Source: Paragordius varius (lineage: Eukaryota > Animalia > Nematomorpha). Taken from it: a DNA stretch of 64,000 bases. The notes beneath the pieces were generated by a model. The model searched no databases. It was not told where the DNA came from and saw nothing but the letters and a program-made list of their open reading frames with translations. A program made the position numbers and the translations under genes. How positions within the stretch are numbered: the first letter of the stretch is position 1; each line of letters begins with the position of its first letter. The stretch spans positions 6,076,001 to 6,140,000 of the forward strand of contig OZ176054.1 of assembly GCA_964247055.1 (NCBI GenBank), written 5' to 3'. Shown in pieces: positions 26,301-40,449 of this stretch.

Positions 26301-27329
26301 ATTAATAAGGGTAGGCGTTCTTTATTACAAAGATATCTTATAGGTTTAATATAAAATTTTAATTACAATTTTTATTGGTGTTTTATTAAGAACAAATCAA
26401 AAAAGATTTCTATTTAATCATGCACCTCAGTTATTTCTGAATTCATTATTTGTTACTAATATGCGCAATGTAAAAGGGCTTTTTGAATTGGGAAAAGAGA
26501 AAAATATGTTTGGTTCCCTAATTCCAAACACTGTAATATTTAGCTGATACCTCTCACTATAGATTAAAGTTAATTTTTATAATTATAACTTAGGCTTATA
26601 TTTTTCAGCAAATTAACATAAATTATTATTAATCTCAAATGTGTTGTCACATACATATTAATTGATGTTATATAAAGAGAGAACATGTCCAAAAACTCAA
26701 ATGTGTTAAAGATTAGATTATAAATTCATTTACATAAATAATTTCTTTGAAGTACTGTAAGACCACACCACCACACATAAGCAGAGTCATAATTGATTAA
26801 AAAAATATCTATTGATTTTATAATACTAACCCTTATTTATGGGTATTACTTACTAAGTTGGATTATCAGTTATCTGATTAAAGAAATGTTTTAACGCGTT
26901 AAAATTTATAATATTGAGGTTATTTAATTATTTTATAAGCCAAAGAATAGAGAGTTTAAAAAATAATCCTTGGATTTCCTAAAACATTGCCGCTGTTAGA
27001 GTAGGTGTGCTAAATATTTATTTTATTCCAAACTGCAAATTAAATTGTGAAATATAATAGTTTAATTTTTTTATCATGTTTACGGAGACTTTTCAGGATT
27101 CATTATTTTAATAACGAAAATGGCTAATTAATAGTTTGCAATAAAAAATATTTACTTTAAAAAAATCGAATTCTGCGTTTGATATGGGCAGAGTGTAATT
27201 TGTAGCATTGGAAACGGTAGGCCATATTTCAGTAGTAAGAGATATAGAATTGTAATGAGATAAGCTACCAGGTAATTTAAATGATAATGTGTTTTTCGTA
27301 ATATTATCTGGGAATTTGGTTGACAACAT
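17343..27329 (-). CDS. CCAP-R: Class A neuropeptide GPCR of the CCAP-receptor / neuropeptide S receptor (vasopressin-like) family
   Basis: Exons: 27329-27156, 26083-25951, 22415-22312, 22036-21943, 20204-19104, 17967-17890, 17673-17493, plus an uncertain last exon 17418-17343. The translation gives an N-glycosylated N-terminus, FDFFK|[95 protein letters not shown] and [17 protein letters not shown]. Confidence 0.85.
20310..21400. mobile_element. Non-autonomous DNA transposon with long imperfect TIRs in GPCR intron 4
   Basis: About 20320-20415 (cctgttaaaatacctattttctgataagaaaatgtctcaggatcattatggtgcttttg) is an approximate reverse complement of about 21270-21365. Same family as 15406-16760 and 38020-38560. 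Confidence 0.55.
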
Positions 27330-30300
27330 TTAAATAAATTTAAATTGGTGGTAACGAACAAAAAATTATTTGTCTAATCATATATAAATATATCTTTGAC
27401 GATGTTTAGTATTTATAAAAATGATGATACATATTAATTTTAATTGTTTTACAATGTAAGTAGCAAGTCAGAAAGGATGGATTTACATTAATAAATAGAT
27501 AAAAATATAAATAAATATTAATTAGCTAAAATTGATTTCAACCTGTTTTACGCTGTCAATTGTGAAAAACAAAACCATTATCAACATTAATTTGGTTAAA
27601 AGCTGTATTGTCGGAAAAATTATATCATAAATTAATAATGATGAACAATATGTAGGCGACATATATAGGAAGGTATCTAAGGGGATAACATAAGAAAAAT
27701 CAATCCATACAACTAAGCATGATCTTACATTACATAATGTTTTACAATATAAAAAAACTATATTTTTGGCTTTTGTGGTATGGTATATTGCAAAAAATAA
27801 TAGATAAAACCATAAATACAAACTTTTTCTTAAATAAAATTAAAATTCAATATCTGATATTAAATTTAAAAAAAACATTGATGTGCGGAAGATCACATAA
27901 GTTAACTTATAATACATTAAAAGTATATAGATATAAAGGTACTGCACAAAATGCCACGGTGTTAGTTATTCTAATATTGACTTTTTTCATTAACGCTCTT
28001 TTTTAGAAAAATATTATTTTTATGCCTCATTTTGCACTTGCAGTATTAAATGAAACAAATATTGTAAGGTTAGACAAAATAGAAATATTCATTAATACTA
28101 AAGACATGGATATTTTATTCAAATTATGTTGTTTAATCCTCATAGAATTAATTAATTACATTAAACAATTATATATAAATACTTTATATATATGATATTT
28201 GATCCATATAGTTTTAACTGTAATTAACGAATATTGGAAAAAAACGCTGACTTAAACATCCTTAAAAAATGCTTTATATCTAAACAACGAATAGAATAAA
28301 TTTTTGCAAAGTTAATCGTTATTTCACATTATCGTATAACAAATCCTTATAATTGGAAACCAATGTGTCACATCATTAAAACATCATTGTTACTAAGTTT
28401 CATATATTATGATTCTTTATAACGAGAAGGTCATTAAAATAAATTGCTTTTTAATGAAAATCTTAGCATAGTTTAGTTTTTCTTCAAATAAATGAATAGC
28501 AAAGGTATATAATGAGTTTAAATTAAGTCCAAATTTTGGGATTTCTTCAGGTAATTTAACTAAAAAGTTTAAAATTAATAAGTTTGGTGGAATATATTAT
28601 GTATAAAAATGGACAAAAATTATTTATTCCTCACATGCTACCTTATTAAAAAATCATATTTAATTAAAAAAAGTTGGCTTGGCTTAGCTTAGAGTATAAA
28701 GTACTCATTTTTTGTTAAATGCACACAGGCACCAAATTGGTGTGGATTAAATTAGTGTTAGTTGATAGAGAAAGATTGTTTTATGGCAGATAAAAAGTAT
28801 TATTTTTGATTATTTTTAATATCAATATAGCACCAGCGTAATTACATAAAGGAATTATGGGGAAATTTAGTTATATGGATAATAATTTTATCATTGTTAA
28901 TATTCTTGAAAGATGACCATGAGATTATATCCATGTGAAACCAAAATTTTAAGTATTAGTAACCAAATTATATATAAACAAATATATCCATACGTTTGTA
29001 TGTTAAAATTTTGCATGTAATATATAATATTGATTCCCTCACTGTTTTATTCATAATAATAGTAGTATAATATCAGACACTTAGTTATTTTGTAAATATT
29101 ATAGGCTTGTAAGAAGAAGAAGGAAGCTTTATGATTTATTAAGTATGATTCAGCTTTTTTTCTGGAAAATCTCAAAATGTACATTATTTTTATGTGAAAA
29201 AAAATGCTAATAAAAATAAATTTTGTGTCCTACAAAATGGTAATAAACTAATCAATAATATATAAAATGTCTGTAAATATGGTAAAAATTTATATTTATA
29301 TGGCTTCAACCAATATCAATCATTGTTTTAATATTTAATTAGAGCTGGATAATATATAATAAAAATCACGTCCAGCTAAGATGAATAATTAAATTAAGCT
29401 AATGTCGGTTTGAAATGATAGGGAATTTTCTATGTGCTGAACAAAATATGCTTTTAAAAATAGGCCAATCGTTGATTTTTTTATTAGAGTTAATATTGAA
29501 TAGAAACATAAAATTTCCCGTTATCCTGATAAAACAAGTTCATGTAACCTAATAAATACCAATTTATAATGTAACATTAGGCTTAATCAGGATTATTTTA
29601 AGACAACCAATTTCTAATCTCTGGTCAAAGGTTGAAAAATTTGACAGAAACGGGGTTTATATAACCTTTCCAATAGAAACAAGACTTAAATTTGTTTATC
29701 AAACAGTGCTAAATGTCTTGTATTTTAAAATTAATACTTGGAAAGTCCCATCTTATGTAAAAAAAAAGTTACCACTTATTCTCCCTAGCCATTGTCAATT
29801 ATTTTAGTAACATCAAAACCAAAGTTTTTTTTTTGATTTTTTGGTATTTAAGATATATAGGCCACGTAATACAGCATATCACATTTTTGAAGGTCATCTT
29901 CTCTTACCTAGAAATGATTTAAATACTGGCTAAAAACGACAAAAGCCACAAAAAACTGTTTAAATTTAAACTTTATATATATATTGTTTTGTAAAGCTGT
30001 CAAATGCTTAAAACAATTATGACATTTTAATAACACTCATAAGTTATTTATCTGTTTAAAGCTAAATATAACAAAATGCCATGTTTTACGGCAATTTATG
30101 TCGGTGATATTATTTCTTTGGTATTATTTTTACTGGTAATTAAAAGCGTTAAATGGCTTTCAAACTTATATAATTAAGTCTTTTGGGATCTCGTGGAGTT
30201 ACACACTCTACTTAACACAAATATTATAAAAAACTAACAATGCCACGATCTATTCTTTTCTCGCAGATAATATTGTAAAGGATAAACAGTTACATTTAAC

Positions 30301-31149
30301 TAAATTTTCGACTTCTAGTCTATACCAAAATATAAAAATTTTATTATTTAATTTACAAACTCCTATTTTTTAATAATCTTTCATACATTCCATTGTACAT
30401 CACAATGTTCAATTTATGACAACGCAATAAGTTTGTGGAAGCGTATTGATTAAAAAGGTAAAATGCCATAATTAACTTTGTCAAAATGTTTTTTGGGAGT
30501 TTAATTAAGATATTAAAATTTTATGCAGATTGTTAAATTCAAAATTTAGCTGAATAGTGAGTGAGTAATAGCTTTTATATTATAATAATCTATTGGATAT
30601 TATTATAATATTACATGCTAACCCTAGACTTGTCGCTAATTAAAACAATGATGATTAATATTAGTCGGTAAAATATTTATACTGAAAAAATCCGAAGATA
30701 AAAATACTCATGCAAACACATGGAATGATAGGATTAAAATATCTAAATAAAATTTCATTTGTCCTGTAAGGGTGATATATACATAAAAAACATGTTTAAA
30801 TATATATAGGTAAAATTTTGAAGGCATGTTTTATCCCATAGCTCCGATCTTGTGTATTAAAACTATAATTCTCAAACTTTTTTAAAATTAATCTTATAAC
30901 ATTGCTTATTTTATAATCATTATAATTTGCTGGTAAAATATATAAATTTTAAACTTATTTTTAGCCTTTATTGTGTCTGTGTTTAAGTATTTTTCTCGAA
31001 CTATTTACCGGTATGGAGATTAGCGCTTATATGATTTTGCCCAATACTCATGTTTAAAAATTTATTTTAAGATTGTTCTTGGTAGAAAACTAATACAAAT
31101 TGTAAATATTCATGTTATTATATGGCTGTGTATTTTACAGAATCTTGAC

Positions 31150-32200
31150 TATTTGCCTTTATACAGAACCAATAATGTGAATTCATATGCTAGCTTTTCC
31201 AAGTATTTTCATGTCATTTTTACAGGTGGCATCTTTTCAAAGTGTCGAGCCCTACCCAGCGACTTATTTAATAAATGCCTAACTAAAATTTTTGCCTTAT
31301 ATGGGAAACACTTAAGATTATTACTGATTTTATATAGTTGCACTGCCAATTTTCTCAAAATCAAGTCATATTTATATTGTGGTCCATTTTACGAAATGGC
31401 CCTATTCAGAAGCCAATTAAAAAACCCTCATATTTTTGCCTTTATGTAGGAAATACCTAACACCATTTTTGATTCCATATATTCTTCTAAATTTCTCGAA
31501 ACCTTGCTTTAAAGCCAAAATATTTTTAAACTGTAAAATATGTGGGGCCTATAGCCAGCGGATATTTGAAATAGGTAGACATAATTTTTTGCCTTTATAC
31601 CGGAAATACATCTTAAGCCTCTGTTTGATCTAATCATAAGTATCCCGAATTTTAGCCCTAAAGCCACGTATTACATGGTGGAGAAGCGGGTAGCGTCCTC
31701 ACGGCCTGATATTAAAAAAGCGAGTATCAAATTGTTCTATATACGAGGAAAACCAAAACCATTATTGATTTATCTGGTCTCATGGGTTTGTGGAAAATGT
31801 GCGTTGTCAAATTAGTAATTATTTAATGGTGCATTTTACGGTATATGAAACTGAAAAAAAGTCAACAATTCGTATATATGAAGAATATCTAAAACCAATA
31901 TAAATTTATTCTCTCAATGATATTTCCAAATATAAGCTAATTTTTTCCCTTGGTGACGCATTTTGGAGGGCGTGGAGCCCTACACGGCCAATCAAAACGC
32001 TGGACATAAAATATAAAGTACTTATTGAACCCATATGGTTGTATAAATTTTCTGAAAATTAGCTTTAAAGCTACGTTATTGATGAGCCGCATATTATAGC
32101 GAGTAACGCCAGCAGTCTATACATGAAAGCGCTCAACTATAGGCCTATACTTGAAATACCTAAAACCATTACAAATTTTATAGGGTCTGATAACTTGGGC
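31150..32200. repeat. Old, diverged tandem array with a period of about 140 bp (about 8 units)
   Basis: Unit anchor TTTGCCTT(T)ATA recurs at about 31152, 31290, 31435 and 31588, with weaker copies near 31730 and 32140, followed by ...GAAATAC(C)T... motifs. Confidence 0.55.
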
Positions 32201-34096
32201 CAAGATTTTTAAAAAATTTTCCTAGGGACTTGGTTTTCTGCAGAGGGATTTTTTCAAAAAAGTAGCGCGACTATATTTCTACTTTTGCCTTAGAATAGGA
32301 CTACACGTTTTCCGGAAAGGTTAAACGAGTTTTGGGTACCGTTTTTTTAAATCCCTATATTGACACGGTGTGAGGTGTAACTGATGCTTTAAATGGCCCA
32401 ACTATACAAGGGGCCTTGATAAAAATCAAAAAGATTGAATGAAAAAATTTGGAAGTCAATGGTTTTTAAAGCTTAATCAAAATATTATAATATTTTATAT
32501 ATCTTTTCCAAATTTATCTCTTATATGGATTTTTACAGAATTAAAAAAATATGAAGTATTATAGATTGTATTTAAAATATATAATATCTATTTATAATAA
32601 TTATTAAAATACACTTTTATATAATCAAAATGTACTATATAAAACGTCGGTATATCAAATAAATTTGCGTAAGATATATATTTTATCCTGGTATACAGAT
32701 ACTATGCAATACAACTCCTTTGGGATTGCTTAATTCGGTTTATCCTTAAAGGACTAAAGTTTTGTAACAATACCAAAATTTAGTAACCATTTTGTGACAT
32801 TTAATTATAATTTATATTATTTTTAGAAGAGGGTAGATGAATAATAGCGTCTGTTTGATAAAAAAGTGATCTCTTTTTATCCTTAAGTCCAAAAATATTC
32901 TAGCATTGATCATTTTTGCCTTTAACGAGAATAATTTTTTTAAATAACATACGAATTTTAAGCCGTTAGACACATTGTCTTTCGGTCAAACAACATTTTT
33001 ATTTTAGTATAAAAATGATTATAGATAAATAATATTAATAATATTAGTTATAAAAAAATGCAATTGGAATATTGACACATGTTCCACCACGTTATTCGGG
33101 ATCAAAAAGAAAACTTAGAGTTTGATCTATGTCAAAAGAAAGAACTACAATAATAATAATAATATATTTATTATGGATTAAATTTATTTATATTGATTTT
33201 GATTATGTTTAAAGTGTTTTACTGCACGGAAAGTTATTGTGGTTTGTGACCAAAAGAATTATTTTTCCTTGTTACAGTTATTATAATTGCATTTATTTTA
33301 TTAAATGTCGGAACTATGATCCATTTTTGCGTCAAATTCTAATTATCAAAAAATTTCGTTCAAACAAACAAAAAATGAGTCTATTTAGACTTTTACGGTA
33401 AAATCAACTTCGGAAAATATAATCAATAGATCACTCTCTAATGCTTTTCTATAATTTAAAACTTTTATTTTTAAAGTTAGCCTTATTTCGACGCATCTTT
33501 TATATTATATATTAAGCGCCTTACTTTTTTTAGCTGTTTCAGCTTACGAAAAAAACTGGGAAGCGCTTTCTAATAGAAATTTATGCAAAAAAGCTCTTGA
33601 ACAGCTGATTAATATGGCTTATTACGAAAAGGCTATTATAACTTATGGTTATAATAATATTAATTAAATAGCCAAACCTCCCAAACTCCACAAATATTTG
33701 TTTCCAAAATTTTATTTTTTTAAAAAAAGGAGGAATTTAAATAAAGTTGGATAATAATTTGTATTTCTTGAATTTATAAAATACGATTTGTGTTTAAAAA
33801 GGTAAGTGTTAGGGTGCACTCAAACCAAGAATCGTGCTAATTTATTAACTAGCAGTAGAAAAATGGCTGTTAATGGTTTAATACATACATTAAGATAGTA
33901 TTTATATTAAAAAGTTAATTTTTTAAATAAACAATTTAAAATCTGGACAATTTATCGAAATCCGAAAAGTAGGGTTCACTTTCGGGACACATTAGACCCA
34001 AAAAACTCTAATTCTAGCTGTTATATATGTTCAGATTATTGTTAATAAATAAGATTAAAGTGAAATAACATTAAAAGGAATGTTTAATATATATTA

Positions 34097-35294
34097 CACT
34101 GTGTGCAAAAAAAATTTTAACGAAAAATTTTTTTTTCATGAGATAGCTTATGACCAGCGTATTCATTTGCCGCAAAAATTTTTATTTGTTGACAACCTAG
34201 TTTTTGAAATATTGAGAGAAAATTGAAATCGGGCAAAAAGTGAAAATTAAGGATAATTAAGGATATTTCAAAAAATAATAAAAAAATCTGAAATATTATC
34301 GTTTATTATCACTTTAGTAGATATTTATATAAATAGCCTAAAATCATAAAGTTAGGGTTACTATAAAATATCAGGGCAAATGATGGCGTTTTTCTTTTAT
34401 CACACTTAAAAGACAAAAAAAATTAATGAAAATATATTAAAATAATTTTTTTAATTATCTACTACCTAAACTCACTATTTATCTTAACATTCATATTTTA
34501 TTCCGGAAAATAAACTTCTGTATCAAAATAAAACCAAAAATATTATTTTTTATTTTTGCATTTTTTATCATGGTTTATGAGTGTATAAAATATTTATACT
34601 GTTTTATTTTGGATTCTTAAATGAGGGGGAATTATTAAGTATATAATTTATGCAAAATAGGAATGAAATTAGTGGAATATCAACCAAAGATCCGTACAAA
34701 TCACAATACAAATATTAATTTGTCATAAAACAGACTTGTTACAGGAAATCGTAAGGAATGTTGGTTGATTATTCACTACTTTTAAATCCTATTTTGCATA
34801 AATTATATGCCTAATAATGCCTAATCATGTAAGAATCCAAAATAAAACAGTATAAATTTTTTATATACTCATAAACCAGATGACACAAAAATGCAAAAAT
34901 AAAAAAACAATATTTTTGGTTTTATTTTGATTTAAAAGTTTATTTTACTGAATAAAATATGAATATTAAGATTTTAATAGTGAGTTTAGGTAGTAAATAA
35001 TTAGAAAAAATTATTATGGTTTCATTAAATATTTTTTGTCTTTTAAGTGTGATAAAAGAAAAATGCCTTTTGGCCTGAAATTTTATGGAAACCCCACTAT
35101 ATGATTTAGCATATATTAAAAATATCTCCTAAAATGATAATAAACGATAATATTTTAGATTTTATCATTATTTTTTGAATTATCCTTAATTTTCACTTTT
35201 TGCCCGATTTCGATTATCTCTCAATATTTCAAAAACTAGGTTGTTAACAAAAAAATTTTCGTTAAATAAATGACCCTCATTTTTGCACAGAGTG
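34097..35294. mobile_element. Foldback (fully palindromic) non-autonomous DNA transposon, copy 1, about 1.2 kb
   Basis: Left arm 34097-about 34701 is an imperfect reverse complement of about 34744-35294, with a spacer of about 40 bp. Termini TA-CACTGTGTGCAAAA / TTTTGCACAGAGTG are Tc1/mariner-like. Confidence 0.85.
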
Positions 35295-35544
35295 TTTATA
35301 CCATTTACAATTCGAATTCACCCTAAAAATAAATTATGTTTTATAACTAATATAACTCATTATTAATATAAAATATAGCTTTATGGCTTAGTTTATTATT
35401 TTTTCAATATTTTAATTCAAATTTTTTTTTAATATAAAAAAATATAGGTAACACAAAATTTTTAGGGCGAATGTGAATTGTTTGAGGTAAATTTGAATTG
35501 TTCAGGGGTGAATTGTTCAAGGGTAAATTTGAACTCTAAATGGT

Positions 35545-36628
35545 TTATATATGCAAAAACGAGGATTATTTTTTGAATAAAAAAACCTTAGATAGCATCA
35601 GCGAATTCATTTGCCGCAAAATTTTTAATTGTTGACGACCTAGTCGAAATATTGAGAGAAAATCGAAATCGGGCACAAAACATTAAGGATAATTTAAACA
35701 ATAATAATAAAATTTGAGATATTATATTTATAATAATTCTATGAAATATTTTTATATAGCCTAAAATCATACAGTTAGGGCTTCTATAAAATCACAGGTC
35801 AAAAGATGGCGTTTTTTTCACAGACTAAAAAGACAAAAAAATAATAAAACTATATTAAAATAATTTTTTAAAATTACTCACTATTAAAATCTTAACATTC
35901 AGATTTTTTTAGAAGAAAAAACTTATTCAAAGTAAAACCAAAAAATATTTAATTTTTTTGTCATCTGGTTAATGAGTGTATAATAAAGTTATACTGTTTT
36001 ATTTTGGAATCTTACATGAGAAAGTATATAGATTTTGCAAGGATTTGTAAAGGAATATCAACCAACAATCTTTACAAATCCCTGCAACAAGTCTTTTTAA
36101 GACATTTTAATATTTTTATTGGGATTTGTACGAATTGTTGGTTGATATTTCACTAATTTTAAAACCTATTTTGCATAAATTATATACTTAATAATTCCCA
36201 ATCCTGTAAGATTCGAAAATAAAACAGTATAAATTTTTTATACACTTATAAACCAAATTACAAAAAAATGAAATATTAAAAACAATATTTCTTGGTTTTA
36301 TTTTGATATATAAGTTTTTTTACTGAATAAAATATGTTAAGATAATACTGAGTTTAGCTAATAAATAATTAAAAAAATTATTTTAATATAGTTTTATAAA
36401 AAAATTTGTGTTTTAGTTGTGTTAAAAGAAAAACGCCATCTTTTGACTGGAGATTTTATGAATTATCCCTAATCCTTAATTTTCACTTTTTGCCCGATTT
36501 CGATTTTCTCTCAATATTTCAAAAACTGATCGTTTACAGATAAATTTTTTTACGGCAAATGAATAAGCTGGTCATAAGCTATCTCATGAAAAAAAATTAT
36601 TTTGTTGAAAAAAATTTTGTACACAATG
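35545..36628. mobile_element. Foldback element, copy 2, about 1.08 kb
   Basis: Same family as 34097-35294 (shared gaaatattgagagaaaatcgaaatcgggca, ttatactgttttattttgga, gtcataagctatctcatg). Arms about 35545-36081 and 36121-36628; right end TTTTGTACACAATG-TA. Confidence 0.8.
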
Positions 36629-38019
36629 TATATATATCATTATGGTTATTGATATTTTGAAAGTGAGACTGACAATTATTTACATTGCCAAACGAGTCCA
36701 CGTGTAAAACCGAAATTAAAATTATTTGATAAAAAAACAAAAATCATAGCCAATTCCGCACTAATCCGATACCGGAATAAGGCTCGGAACCGATTCAAAA
36801 AATGTGTGTGAAACTAAAATCAGCGAAAAATGAAATGGTAGATTAAAAATCAACGGTTTCAGTTCAAATTTATAAAGAGACATGAAAATAATCGCTAGAT
36901 ATACAAAATTAGCAAACTTCCTATACAAATCCGTAATGGATTCATTGAAAAATAGTGTTTTTAATTCCCCCCGTGCAAATTCTTAGGAATCAAAAAATAA
37001 TGATGAGGAAAGATTTCTAGCTGAAGTCGTCTTTCTATTTTTTATTGTTTAAATAATTTTTAATCAATCAATCAATCATCGTTTATATCTTTAGATTTAA
37101 AAAAAATGAAAATATGGTGTCATATTTTCACATTTAAAAAAGAAAAAATAATATATACTGTAAATTGATCTTTTTTATGACAATATGATTTATCTTAAAG
37201 GATCTACCTGATAATGTCCTTAGGTAATTCTGAAACAAAAAACTAATTGAAATTTATTTAGTGTCACATAAAGATGATTAAAAAATAGATACAAAATTTG
37301 TATCTTTTTAAAAAAAAATAAATATTTGTTAACAACTGCTGACATATGTCAATAAAGTACGATTTTATTTTTACATTATCACAACCAATATAAACTTACC
37401 CTTAGGGTAAATAATAGGCAGAATAAAAATTTTATTTGCGACTAAACCGGATATTTTTTTGATACCGGTTCTATTTCCTTCAATTTTTGTGCCTTTTATA
37501 GTTACATATTTTTTTACAAATAACTCGATTCTATAAATTTTTATCTTATATCGGTTCAACTTTTTATTTTAATAATAATATAATTATTATAATAAAATAT
37601 GAAGAAGAGCCGCAAAAAAACATATAAGCCATAAAACCACGGTATGTTACTTTTGCAGCGAGATATTAAAATAGGACTTTTTTTACCATTATATAGCTAG
37701 CAACAATAATAAAGGAGGCTTTATTAATTAAAAAGAGTTGTACCGTTTAGCACCGCGGATTTGGTGTAAAAATGGGTTGGAGTTGTTAAATTTTTTTAGA
37801 AAAAAGCCGTGGTTTTGGTAGATTTTTATTTTCGGATTCTGTAATTATAATACATAACATTAAATGGCAAATATATTAAAATGCAACATTTCTAATATAA
37901 CACGTAGCCCTTTCAAACTCCCCAATTTTGCACTGAGTATCTTTTTAATGACAGTTTAAAAATCAGAAAATTATTTAGTTTATGGTATGAATAGTGAAAA
38001 ATGAAATAATTCACATTTA

Positions 38020-38560
38020 AATTTATTTTTGTAACTTAAATGTGTCTACCTGATGAAATAATATACATTCTGATAGGAAAACGTATTAGGATTATCATAT
38101 AACTTTTAGATTTGCCATTGACGAGAGATATAAGAAAGTTACTTAAAATTTTGTGGTAAGTGCTCCATATCATCAAAAAAAATTAATTTAGAAAAATGCG
38201 CAAACTTTGCTTTCTGATATGGAGCAATTACCACAATACAAAAAAATTTTTATATCTCCCGTAAGGGCTAAAATCAAAAGCACCATAATAGTCTTGATAT
38301 ATTTTCCTACCGGAATATATACACTTAAACGTATTATTTTGCAGACACTGTGCATATACTAGATTATGTTATAAAAATTGTTTTCGTAAAAAAAGCATAG
38401 TTTTAAAATTTAAATTATTGACAAAATTTTGCTGAGCATTTCCTGTATATTGGAGTATAGTGAGAACGGTATAAAAAAAGTCTATGTAAATACAATTTAT
38501 GTAAATACAATTTTACTATAAATAATATCAGAACATTTCTAACACCTCAGAATATAATTT
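38020..38560. mobile_element. Fragment of the same MITE family as 20310-21400
   Basis: Shared motifs ttttgtggtaagtgctccatatc, aaaatcaaaagcaccataatag and gaacggtataaaaaa. Boundaries approximate. Confidence 0.45.
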
Positions 38561-40449
38561 TTTTGCTTTTTAATTTATAGCTAAAAATATATGTTTTAAA
38601 TGTCTTAAATTTTAAGAAGATCAAATATTATACTCGAAAATATGGGTGGAGTGATAAAAAAGTCGCACTTGACTTGTAAGTCAAGCGTGGCAAGCTGAGA
38701 AAGGTTGCTTAAGCCAGCAAGTGTACACTTGAAGATCGGTGATATAAAAACACTTAAGCCAAATCTTTTGCTTATGAAGGTAACATTTTTTTGTCACCCA
38801 ATTCGAATTTTACAGAAATTATTTCGATCATTTTCGGCCAAAATTTATAAATTAAGGCACAAAAAGATAAACAATTAATACAATATGCACTCATTGAAGT
38901 TTTTTAAACTTACTGGCATGCATCTTAGGTAATATAGATTTTTATAAATTTGAACCCGGTAATAATTTTTAAGCTGATGAAATTCCCCCATAAAACATAT
39001 TTCACACTACTCATTTTGCTAGGAATCCGTTTGCAAATATAATGGAAGATGTTTATACGACATATTATTATTTTTAATTGATTATCAACATAACATTTGA
39101 AATATATTTATGATAAAATAAATTCTTTACATTAGTTCATAGAGAAGTAACCTTTAGCGTTGTTAAACAAAGATTTATAATTTTATAAGATTTATATTTA
39201 ATTGATAGTTTTAGGAAATTTTCGAAAAATTTTGCGAGTTCACAGAATCGATATATTTAGCATATTTGCATATGCATTGTTTCTTAACAGAGTTTTTCTA
39301 AAAATTTATTCTCTTTGTATCCCCAATTTGAATATAATAACCAAAATATATCAAATAATCACTTTATATCATTAACAAAGGTTTTAATTATTTATGTATC
39401 CTAAATTACATACATATATAGTTTCCAAAATAATTTTATCCATATTTTAAAATCTGTCAGGTATGCCCTACACCACACTTGCAAATTTATAAGTTTTACT
39501 TGATCATATGATTTTTTTATCACCTCCGAATCAAGTTATTCTGCTTGACTACATGAAAGCAAGCCATGACTTGAAAAACTTGCAATTCCACCCTATGAGG
39601 TGATAGATATGTGTTCGCCATCAAATTATATTCAAAGTGTTTTAATAATATCTTTTATGTTTTTTACTTTTTTACCATTCCTAAATTCCATAAAGTACGG
39701 CTGATCAGACTTTTGTTAACAAGGAATTTTTTTAACATATGCATATTATCAAAATAATATTTTACGTCCCAATCTACCACATATTTAGTATTATTATTTT
39801 TAAACTTGGCCTTGCTATTTTGCAAGCCCCATTAGAGGGACAAAATTTTGAGATGCACCCAACACTCCGATTTGAATTGGTATCAAAATGCCAATATTTA
39901 AGTTTCAAATATTTAAAAAAACTGCCAAAAGAAACTGTTTAAATAATTTATGCATCTATCCTAATAAAAATTATACAAATAAACCGAAATATCATCAAAT
40001 TTAGTTTTATAAAAAAAGTTCCGTATCAAACTACTTCGACTAGTGATTTTACATCATTTTTGCAAAATATCGAATTTTTTTTGCTTCTAAGCCTAAAATT
40101 AAATTTACTTTTTTATTAAAACCACATACATAAATTTAAACAAAAAGTGGAATATTTTTATTATTTTATAGGTTCATGCACTGGTGTCATGTTGTCCAAA
40201 TTTTTACCTTTGTGTCTTACCTATCAATAAGTAGTATAAAGAATTTTAAATTATTTCGGTTCATTATATAACAAATCTTTTCCATTGTTTTAATTTTTTC
40301 CATATTTAATTTAAGCTTGGCTTATCTAAATACCCCAATTTGAATCGAAGGACTTTGTGTCCAAGTGTTAATGCAATAGTGGTAATATTCCAGATGCTTT
40401 ATCCACCACGCACAAATCAATAGGACAACAATATGATTTAACTTTTATA

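Noticed and set aside
38645-38780. Possible structured ncRNA (small hairpin cttgac-ttgtaa-gtcaag, relatively GC-rich)
   Set aside because: No tRNA, snRNA or C/D-H/ACA box pattern. Similar motifs occur inverted at about 39500-39600, so a transposon-end remnant is more likely.
27330-40449. Hidden protein-coding gene in the 13-kb interval between the GPCR and CERK
   Set aside because: Only short, low-complexity ORFs without motifs, plus repeats and MITEs. Short exons could still have been missed by eye.
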